The notes under the pieces are model-generated. The model was given only the letters and a program-made list of their open reading frames with translations, made no database searches and was not told the DNA's origin. A program made the position numbers and the translations under genes. From an uncultured bacterium (GTDB taxonomy: Bacteria; Edwardsbacteria; AC1; EtOH8): a DNA stretch of 64,000 nt. The stretch is from contig CAWAAX010000009.1 of assembly GCA_963780225.1 (NCBI GenBank), positions 1 through 64,000 on the forward strand, in the 5' to 3' direction. Each line of letters starts with the position of its first letter. Position 1 is the first letter of the stretch. Positions 28,398 through 36,359 of the stretch are shown here, piece by piece.

Positions 28398-30838
28398 ATG
28401 AGATCAACCATATCCGCAGTCCTGGCCGTGCTGGGGGCTTTTTTATTGCCGGCCGTTCCGGCCCTGGCCCAGTGGCAGTACGACGGCGCGGCCGTCTGCA
28501 CGGCCACCGGGAACCAATATTCCCCCACCATCGCTTCCGACGGCTCGGGCGGGGCCATCATAACCTGGTGTGATTACCGCAACGGCAATGACGATATATA
28601 CACCCAACGGGTGAACAGCGCCGGCGAGCCGCAGTGGACGGCCAACGGCGTGGCCATCTGCACCGCCAGCCGGGGCCAATATTATCCCACCATCGCTACC
28701 GACGGCACGGGCGGGGCCATCATAACCTGGTATGATTTCCGCAATGGCGGTAATTACTGATATCTATGCCCAGCGGGTGAACAGCGCCGGGGCGGCCCAG
28801 TGGACGGCCAACGGCGTGGCCATCTGCACGGCCACCGAGAACCAATATTATCCCACCATCGTTAGCGACGGCACGGGCGGCGCCATAATAATCTGGAATG
28901 ATTACCGCAACGGCAATGACGATATCTATGCCCAGCGGGTGAATAGCGCCGGGGCGGCCCAGTGGACGGCCGACGGCGTGGCCGTCTGTACGGCCACCGG
29001 GACCCAATCTTATCCCACCATCGTTTCCGACGGCACAGGCGGGGTCATCATAACCTGGCATGATTCCCGCAGCGGCAATTATGATATCTATGCCCAGCGG
29101 GTGAACAGCGCCGGGGCGGCCCAGTGGACGGCCAACGGCGTGGCCATCTGCACCGCCACCGATAACCAATATTCTCCCACCATCGTTAGCGACGGCTCGG
29201 GCGGGGCCATAATAACCTGGTACGATTACCGCAGCGGCACTAATTACGATATCTATGCCCAGCGGGTGAACAGCGCCGGGGCGGCCCAGTGGACGGCCAA
29301 CGGCGCGGCCATCTGCACCGCCACCGGGGACCAAGCTTCCCCTACCATCGTTAGCGACGGCTCGGGCGGGGCCATAATAACCTGGTACGATTACCGCAGC
29401 GGCAATGCCGATATTTATGTCCAGCGGGTGAACAGCGCCGGGGCGGCCCAGTGGACGGCCAACGGCGTGGCTATCTGCACCGCAGCCTTGAGCCAATATT
29501 ATCCCACCATCGTTTCCGACGGCACGGGCGGGGCCATAATTACCTGGCGCGATTACCGCAACGGCACATTACGATATCTATGCCCAGCGGGTGAACAGCG
29601 CCGGGGCGGCCCAGTGGACGGCCAACGGCGCGGCCATCTGCACCGCCACCTTCGAACAATCTTATCCCACCATCGTTAGCGACGGCACGGGCGGGGCCGT
29701 AATTACCTGGCGCGATTACCGCAGCGGCAATGCCGATATTTATGCCCAGCGGGTGGATCGTTACGACGGCAGTTACTTTGGCCGCAATGCCCCGGCCATC
29801 ATCGGGGCCCAGGATATCCCCAACGACCAGGGCGGCTACATCAACCTGCAATGGACCCCGTCCTATTTGGATATTTACCCGGACACCACCGTCAGCTTCT
29901 ATTCTCTGTGGCGCAGTCTGACCGGCGACGCGGCCAAGAGCCTGATATCCAAGGGGGCCATCCTGGTGGAGCCATCTGACATCACGTTGGATTTCATTGG
30001 CCCGGCCTACCGGATAGCCACCATAGACAGCAAAACCTATGCCTGGGAATGGATCGCCAACATCCCCTGGCAGCACTACCTGAAGGCCTATTCCTACCCC
30101 ATGCCCACCCTGTGCGACACCTTAACCGGGGAAATGGCCTGGCACTACTTCTTTGTTTCGGCCCAGACCGACGATCCGTTGCTGTACTGGGACTCGTATC
30201 CCGACTCGGGCTACTCGGCGGACAACCTGGCGCCGGCCAAGGTGATAAACTTGAGCGGCAGCATTGCCAAAACACAGTTCACCGTCCTCTTGAATTGGAC
30301 GGCCAACACTGTGGACGACCTGATGAATTATAAAATTTACCGCTCGACCAGCAGCAGCTTCGTGCCCAACGATTCCGACCAGATTGGCGCCTCGGTTGAC
30401 ACCGCATACGTAGATAGCGTCAGCGATGGCGTGTACTATTACAAAGTTGCGGCGGTGGATATTCATAACAACATTGGACCGGCCTCAGAAGTATGGGGCA
30501 CCGGGCCATTGGACGTAACCGGCGAACCGGACGGCGCGGTGCCGTCAGTCTATGCCTTGGGCAACGCCTATCCCAATCCATCACGGGGGAACACCACTAT
30601 TCAATATCAGCTTCCCAAAGCCTCCGAGGTCAGCCTAAAAATTTACAACATAGTGGGGCAGGAGGTCAAGCGGTTCGATCTGGGGGCCAAAGCGGCGGGA
30701 TATCATCAGGTCAGCTGGAACGACCGTAATATATCGGCCGGAGTGTACTTCTACCGGTTGTCCGCCAAAGGCGGATCCGCCGCAGGAGGACAGGCCGGGG
30801 ATTTTAGTTCCACCAAGAAACTGATGATAGTCAAGTAG
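28398..30838 (+). CDS. Secreted protein with 8 near-identical 54/55-aa repeats, Fn3-like domain and FlgD/T9SS-type CTD; split by two +1 frameshifts (~28758, ~29567)
   Basis: ORFs 28398-28760, 28732-29679 and 29591-30838 form one colinear protein; signal peptide; CTD near-identical to the upstream paralog. Confidence 0.8.
28470..29757 (+). repeat. Intragenic tandem repeat, 8 x 162/165 bp
   Basis: The GTG of CGGGTG recurs at 28611, 28777, 28939, 29101, 29266, 29428, 29591 and 29753 (spacings 166, 162, 162, 165, 162, 163, 162). Confidence 0.95.
30761..30790. repeat. 30-bp palindromic REP-like insertion, in frame within the CDS
   Basis: TCCGCCAAAGGCGGA-TCCGCCGCAGGAGGA (SAKGGSAAGG); absent from the paralogous CTDs, which read YRLQAG. 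Confidence 0.85.
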
Positions 30839-30855
30839 GTTTCTTTCCTCCGCAC

Positions 30856-30885
30856 AAAAGGGCTGCCCTTCCGGGCAGCCCTTTT
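30856..30885 (+). terminator. Intrinsic terminator
   Basis: AAAAGGGCTGCCC-ttcc-GGGCAGCCCTTTT. Confidence 0.85.
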
Positions 30886-30954
30886 AGTTTATGGAATAAT
30901 TTATCTTCGATTTGTATTGAAAATCTTGATTTAAATAGGGTATAATTATATGCT

Positions 30955-31644
30955 ATGGTTGGAATTGAAGAAAGTCTGACAATCGTTCAAAAACGGATAG
31001 CCGAAGCTGCCTTAAAAACCGGCCGCCAGCCCGGCGATATCACCTTGGTGGCGGTCACCAAGACCGTGGCCTCAGACCTGATAAACCAGGCCATCGCCGG
31101 AGGAGTGACCGTCATCGGCGAGAACCGGGTGCAGGAGGCGGTTCAGAAACATCCAGGGATCACCGGCGGAGTGCAATGGCACCTGATAGGACACCTCCAA
31201 AGCAACAAGGCCAAAAAAGCGGTGGAGATGTTCTCCCTGATCCACTCGGTAGATTCCCTGGACCTGGCCCGGGAGATCGGCCGGAGGGCGCTGGAGGCAA
31301 ACAAAGTACAGGAGGTCCTGCTGGAGGTCAATACTTCGGGCGAGCCCCAGAAATACGGGTTTGGACTGGAAGAGATCATAAATGCTTTAAATGAAGTAAA
31401 GGATATAGAGGGAATAAAGGTCATGGGTCTGATGACGGTGGGGCCGCTGACCGAGGACGACCAAAGGGTGCGAAAGGCATTTCGTCGGTTGAGAATAATT
31501 TTTCAGGAGGCTGCCAAGTTAAACTTGCCGAACGTTCAGATGAAACACCTGTCCATGGGAATGTCCGGCGATTTTGAGACGGCGATAGAGGAGGGGTCCA
31601 ACATGGTGCGGATCGGCAGCGCCATCTTCGGGTCCCGGGGGTGA
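30955..31644 (+). CDS. yggS: PLP homeostasis protein YggS
   Basis: LVAVTKT, GENRVQE, WHLIGHLQSNK, GLMT, LSMGMSGDFE.AIEEGS..VRIGSAIFG. Confidence 0.96.
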   Translation: MVGIEESLTIVQKRIAEAALKTGRQPGDITLVAVTKTVASDLINQAIAGGVTVIGENRVQEAVQKHPGITGGVQWHLIGHLQSNKAKKAVEMFSLIHSVDSLDLAREIGRRALEANKVQEVLLEVNTSGEPQKYGFGLEEIINALNEVKDIEGIKVMGLMTVGPLTEDDQRVRKAFRRLRIIFQEAAKLNLPNVQMKHLSMGMSGDFETAIEEGSNMVRIGSAIFGSRG

Positions 31645-31768
31645 CCTACCCACTAAATGCACGAAAAGACAAGGAATAGTTCACACAAAAAACAGAAAAC
31701 ACTTGGGAATTATCCAATTATTATTTCCTGTTTTCCTGGTTTCCTAATAAAAAAGTAATAGGGGTCAA

Positions 31769-32074
31769 ATGTTCATTCTGGCAAATCTCATAATAGCGGC
31801 GGGCAAGGTCTTGGGTATGGCCCTGGACATCTACATGTGGGCCATCATCATCCGGGCCCTGCTGTCCTGGGTCAATCCCGACCCTTACAATCCCATCGTC
31901 AGGCTGCTGCACAAGCTGACCGAGCCGGTCTTGGGCCCCCTGCGCCGCATCATTCCCCTGGGAGCGGTGGGGCTGGACCTGTCGCCGATGCTGGTGATCC
32001 TGGCCATAATATTCGTCAAACAGTTTCTGATAACCAGCCTGATAGAGTTCGGTTTCAGGCTGAAGCAGATATAG
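31769..32074 (+). CDS. yggT: YggT family membrane protein
   Basis: RALLSWVNPDPYNPIV..LTEPVL.P.RR, GLDLSP. Confidence 0.93.
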   Translation: MFILANLIIAAGKVLGMALDIYMWAIIIRALLSWVNPDPYNPIVRLLHKLTEPVLGPLRRIIPLGAVGLDLSPMLVILAIIFVKQFLITSLIEFGFRLKQI

Positions 32075-32092
32075 GACATCCGGGGTATTACA

Positions 32093-32145
32093 ATCCACAG
32101 ACGCTGTGCTGAGTTTGCCGAAGCATTACGCAGATTATCGCAGAT
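32093..32145. repeat. 9-bp-period element interrupted by a 24-bp REP-like insert
   Basis: ATCCACAGA[CGCTGTGCTGAGTTTGCCGAAGCA]TTACGCAGATTATCGCAGAT. Confidence 0.7.
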
Positions 32146-32225
32146 GAAAAATCGGAGCATCTAAAACTTTTGGATAAAGAAAATAAAGACCTTGACTCAG
32201 AAATCTAAACTTTAGGAGGTTCCTT

Positions 32226-32924
32226 ATGAAGCTGACCCCTCTAGATATACGCAAGCAGACCTTTAAGAAAAAAAACATGGGCGGATCGGATCCGTCCGAG
32301 GTCCAGGCTTTTCTGGAGATGGTGGCCGGAGAGGTGGAGGAGCTGATCCGGGAGAACACCAGCCTGGCCGAGCGGCTGGAGGGCCTGGAGACCAAGGTGG
32401 ACGATTACCGCCGGATGGAGAAGACCCTTCAGGACACCTTGCTCTCGGCCCAGAAGACCTCCGAGGAATTACGCAAGAACGCGGAGCAGCGGGGGGAACT
32501 GATGATCAAGGAGGCCCAGTTCAAGGCCGACCAGATCATCGGCGAGGCCCGGGCCCGGCTGATGGACCTGCAGCGCCAGATAGCCGACCTCAAGAACATG
32601 CGCACCGGATACCTGGCCAAGTTCCGCAGCCTGCTGGACTCCCACCTGGAGATCCTGCAGTACCAGGAGATGGATTCCGGGGTCCGGATCCAGACCAACA
32701 TCTTTGCCGGAAGCAAGAAGGAGGAGGCGCCCCCGGAGGCCAGGGCCCCCGAGATCCCCAGCCAGCCGGGCCGGGCCATGGACGAGCAGAAGATGGCCGA
32801 CATGCAGAGGATGCTTTCCACCCTGATGGAGACCGCCAAGCTGACGATCCCCGAAGTTCCGCAGGCGGAAGAGCCGCCCCAGGTTCAAGCCGAAACACTT
32901 AACCCCGGGGAAGAAATAAAATGA
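32226..32924 (+). CDS. divIVA: DivIVA-domain protein
   Basis: MKLTPLDIRKQTFKK..G....EV..FL; coiled coil TLLSAQKT; AGGAGG RBS. Confidence 0.88.
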   Translation: MKLTPLDIRKQTFKKKNMGGSDPSEVQAFLEMVAGEVEELIRENTSLAERLEGLETKVDDYRRMEKTLQDTLLSAQKTSEELRKNAEQRGELMIKEAQFKADQIIGEARARLMDLQRQIADLKNMRTGYLAKFRSLLDSHLEILQYQEMDSGVRIQTNIFAGSKKEEAPPEARAPEIPSQPGRAMDEQKMADMQRMLSTLMETAKLTIPEVPQAEEPPQVQAETLNPGEEIK

Positions 32925-33745
32925 GCGAGCTGAAACAGAAGATCCAGGAGACCGCTGACTTTCTGAAGTCAAAGACCAAGGTCATTCCCCAGATCGGCAT
33001 CATCCTGGGAACCGGCCTGGGCGGGCTGGTCAAGGAAATTGAGATCATAGACACCATTCCCTACGAGACCATCCCCAACTTTCCGGTCTCCACCGTGGAG
33101 AGCCACGCCGGCAAGCTGATCTTCGGCAAGCTCTCGGGCAAATTTGTGATGGCCATGCAGGGCCGCTTCCATTTCTACGAAGGCTACAGCCTGCAGCAGG
33201 TGACCTTTCCGGTGCGGGTGATGAAGGCCCTGGGGGTGAGGACCCTGATCGTCTCCAACGCCTGCGGCGGGGTCAACCCCGCCCACCGGGCCGGCGACAT
33301 CATGCTGATCTCCGACCACATCAACCTGATGGGCGGGCACCCGCTGATCGGCAAGAACGATGAGACCCTGGGCCCACGCTTCCCCGACATGTACAATCTG
33401 TATGACCAGGAACTGCTGTCCCTGGCCGAGTCGGTGGCGCTGGAGGAGAAGATCAAGGTCCAGAAGGGCGTTTACCTTGGCCTGACCGGACCCACCCTGG
33501 AGACCGGGGCCGAGTACCGGATGATCCGGATCCTGGGCGCCGATGTGGTGGGGATGTCCACCGTGCCGGAGGTGATAGTGGCCCGGCACTCGGGGCTCAA
33601 AGTGCTGGGGTTCTCCATCATCACCGACATGGGCTTTCCCGAGGCCATGAAACCGGTCAGCATAGAGGAAGTGATTCATGTGGCCGGGACCGCCGAGGTC
33701 AAGTTCGTCAGATTGGTGAAACAGGTGATCGCCAAAATGCAATAA
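32921..33745 (+). CDS. punA: Purine-nucleoside phosphorylase (trimeric, family 2)
   Basis: GIILGTGLG, STVESHAG, MQGRFHFYEG, NACGG, DHIN, GPRFPDM, VGMSTVPE. Confidence 0.95.
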   Translation: MSELKQKIQETADFLKSKTKVIPQIGIILGTGLGGLVKEIEIIDTIPYETIPNFPVSTVESHAGKLIFGKLSGKFVMAMQGRFHFYEGYSLQQVTFPVRVMKALGVRTLIVSNACGGVNPAHRAGDIMLISDHINLMGGHPLIGKNDETLGPRFPDMYNLYDQELLSLAESVALEEKIKVQKGVYLGLTGPTLETGAEYRMIRILGADVVGMSTVPEVIVARHSGLKVLGFSIITDMGFPEAMKPVSIEEVIHVAGTAEVKFVRLVKQVIAKMQ

Positions 33746-33750
33746 ACAAG

Positions 33751-33818
33751 GGTTTGAAAACGTTTGAAATGGTTTGAACCGTTTCAAACTGTTTTAGACT
33801 TTTTAAACCATTTCAAAC
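33751..33818. repeat. 10-bp-period palindromic element (GGTTTGAAA..TTTCAAAC)
   Basis: GGTTTGAAAA CGTTTGAAAT GGTTTGAACC followed by inverse TTTCAAAC units. Confidence 0.75.
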
Positions 33819-33832
33819 TGAGGGAATGTATC

Positions 33833-34747
33833 ATGTCAATCACCGTGGTCGGCTCCATAGCCCTGGATTCAGTAAAAACCCCGTTCGGCGAGGCCAAGGA
33901 AGCCCTGGGCGGCAGCGCCCTGTATTTCTCCTCGGCCGCCAGTTTCTTTACTCCGGTCAGCCTGGTGGGCGTCATCGGCGAGGACTTTCCCAAAGGAGAC
34001 ATTGAATTCCTGGCCAAGCGGGGAGTGGACCTTTCCGGGCTGGAAACCGCCAAGGGCCAGACCTTCCGCTGGGCCGGCTCCTACGAATACGACATGAACG
34101 AGGCTAAGACCCACGCCACCCACCTCAACGTGTTCGAAACCTTCCACCCCAAGCTGTCCGAAGCCCACCAGCAGGCCGAGTTCCTGTTCCTGGGCAACAT
34201 CCACCCGGCCCTGCAGCGCGAGGTGATCGGCAAGGTCAAGAAGCCGCTGGCCATCGGCTGCGACACCATGAACTTCTGGATCCAGGGCAGCCGGGAAGAA
34301 TTGCTTAAGACCATCAAGCTGGTGGACATCATGTTCATCAACGATGCCGAGGCCCGGATGCTGGCCGGGGTGCCCAACCTGATCAAGGCCGCCCGGGCCA
34401 TCAGGGAGATGGGCCCCAAAATACTGGTGATCAAGAAGGGCGAGCACGGAGCCATGCTGTTCTCCGGCCAAACCGTGTTTTCCGTCCCGGCCTTTCCGGT
34501 GGAAGATGTTTTTGATCCCACCGGGGCCGGCGACAGTTTTGCCGGCGGCTTCATGGGATATCTGGCCTCCAAGGGCCAGCTCAGCGACCAGGTGCTGCGC
34601 CGGGCCATGATCTACGGCAGCGTGATGGCCTCGTTCAACGTGGAGAAATTCTCAATGGAACGCCTGAAAACTTTGACCAGGGACGAGATCGAACAGAGGT
34701 TCAAGGAATTTAAGAAGCTATCCCATTACGAGGAATTAGAGGCTTAA
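33833..34747 (+). CDS. PfkB-family sugar/nucleoside kinase
   Basis: VVGSIALD, LGGSA, DTMNFWI, KKGEHGA, DPTGAGDSFAGGF. Confidence 0.93.
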   Translation: MSITVVGSIALDSVKTPFGEAKEALGGSALYFSSAASFFTPVSLVGVIGEDFPKGDIEFLAKRGVDLSGLETAKGQTFRWAGSYEYDMNEAKTHATHLNVFETFHPKLSEAHQQAEFLFLGNIHPALQREVIGKVKKPLAIGCDTMNFWIQGSREELLKTIKLVDIMFINDAEARMLAGVPNLIKAARAIREMGPKILVIKKGEHGAMLFSGQTVFSVPAFPVEDVFDPTGAGDSFAGGFMGYLASKGQLSDQVLRRAMIYGSVMASFNVEKFSMERLKTLTRDEIEQRFKEFKKLSHYEELEA

Positions 34748-34852
34748 TCGTACGCTGAGGGATAGGGTTTTACTGTCAGATATTTCCCGTTTCATTGTGA
34801 GATATCATCAGCGCCGGGCTATCAAAGCAATCCATCATTACTTTAAGAATCG

Positions 34853-35443
34853 GTGATGTTGAAAAAGCATCTGGTTGATTTTTTTGCGGAAGCGGGTGAG
34901 TGGGCCCGGCAACGCTGGTGGCCTTTACGTTTGCTACTCTGCCTGTATTTTGTTTATGCCTTTATCAATCATCTTCGGGATCCTTTTTATCAAAGCTGGT
35001 TCAAGCCCATCAACCTGGGTATCCATGAGCTGGGGCATATCCTGTTTTCATTGTTCGGGCAATTTTTGGCAGTAGCCGGCGGGTCCATCTTTCAACTTCT
35101 TGTGCCGGTTATATCTGTTTTCATCTTTTACCGGCAACGGGATTTCTTCGCTATTTCGGTTTCCGCTATGTGGCTTTCCACAAACTTGTTCGATGTTTCG
35201 ACCTATATTGCCGATGCCAGAGAAATGGAGTTGCCATTGGTTTCCCCTTTTGGGGGGGATGATATCATCCATGATTGGAATTATCTTTTGGAAAAACTAG
35301 GCCTTCTGACCCGGGATCGTTTTCTGGCCGGAACGGTAAAAGTTTGGGCAATTGTTTCTATGTTTGCCGGTTTGGCTTTTGCCGGCTGGCTGCTGATGGA
35401 AATGATCAAGGTCAATTTTCGAAAGAAAAATAATTATACTTAA
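34853..35443 (+). CDS. Hypothetical membrane protein with HExxH motif
   Basis: INLGIHELGH, YIADA, HDWNYLL; several TM helices; AT-richer. Confidence 0.75.
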   Translation: MMLKKHLVDFFAEAGEWARQRWWPLRLLLCLYFVYAFINHLRDPFYQSWFKPINLGIHELGHILFSLFGQFLAVAGGSIFQLLVPVISVFIFYRQRDFFAISVSAMWLSTNLFDVSTYIADAREMELPLVSPFGGDDIIHDWNYLLEKLGLLTRDRFLAGTVKVWAIVSMFAGLAFAGWLLMEMIKVNFRKKNNYT

Positions 35444-35453
35444 AAGAGAAGCG

Positions 35454-36350
35454 ATGATGAAAAAAATGTTGTTCTCTGTGACCGTGCTGGTCCTGATGTC
35501 ATCGTTTACTCTATGTCAGACCGACCGCAAAACCGCAGTGGCGGTGATGAACCTCAAGGGTTCCGGCATCTCGGAGCAGGACACCAGGTTCCTGACCGAC
35601 CGCCTGACCATAGAACTGCAGCGGGCCGGGGTCTTTGACGTGCTGGAGCGGGACAAGATGGCGGAGATCCTCAAAGAGCAGGGTTTTCAGCAGACCGGAG
35701 CCTGCGACGAAACCTCCTGTCTGGTGGAAGCTGGAAGATTACTGCCGGTGCAGAAGATGATCGGCGGTAGTTTCGGCAGGATCGGCGATGTCTATGCCGC
35801 TCAATTACGGCTGATCGATCTGAAGACCGGCAAGGTGGAGATGACCTCGGCCCGGGATTACAAGGGCCAGATGGAATTCCTGCTGACCGTGGGCATGAGG
35901 GAGGTGGCCGAGGAACTTTCCGGCAAACGCGAGGTACAGGCCCAGACCCCGGTCCAAAACCAGGTCACGCCCCAGACCGAGGCCATGATGAAAAATCTAA
36001 TCCAGGCCCAAGTGGACCAGCAATCCAAATCCGGCGTTTCCGCTTTCATTTGGTCTCTGTTCATTCCCGGAGGCGGACATTTCTATGCCAAGCGCTACTG
36101 GACCGGGGGAGGTTTCGCTGCCGTAAGGCTGTTGACCTTCGGGAATTGGCTGGGATACAGGATCAAGGACAGCACTTCACAATATAAGGCATGGGGAACG
36201 GCATTCGCCGTTTCGTATGCCTTGGATATGATATTGGCCCCCAGCAGCGTAAGACGGTACAATAAAAACCTCCGTAAGAAATACGGACTAACTTACGAAT
36301 ATCTGCCGCAAACCAAAGAGATCAAAACAGCATTAAGCGTGCAATTTTAA
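35454..36350 (+). CDS. Secreted CsgG/HfaB-like domain protein
   Basis: Signal peptide; VAVMNL, FDVLER..M.EILKEQGFQQTG.CD...C.VEAG; C-terminal SLFIPGGGHFY. Confidence 0.75.
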   Translation: MMKKMLFSVTVLVLMSSFTLCQTDRKTAVAVMNLKGSGISEQDTRFLTDRLTIELQRAGVFDVLERDKMAEILKEQGFQQTGACDETSCLVEAGRLLPVQKMIGGSFGRIGDVYAAQLRLIDLKTGKVEMTSARDYKGQMEFLLTVGMREVAEELSGKREVQAQTPVQNQVTPQTEAMMKNLIQAQVDQQSKSGVSAFIWSLFIPGGGHFYAKRYWTGGGFAAVRLLTFGNWLGYRIKDSTSQYKAWGTAFAVSYALDMILAPSSVRRYNKNLRKKYGLTYEYLPQTKEIKTALSVQF

Positions 36351-36359
36351 GAAAGACTT

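Noticed and set aside
28398..30838. Complete diversity-generating retroelement
   Set aside because: No reverse transcriptase, Avd or non-coding template repeat in the window; kept only as a testable hypothesis.
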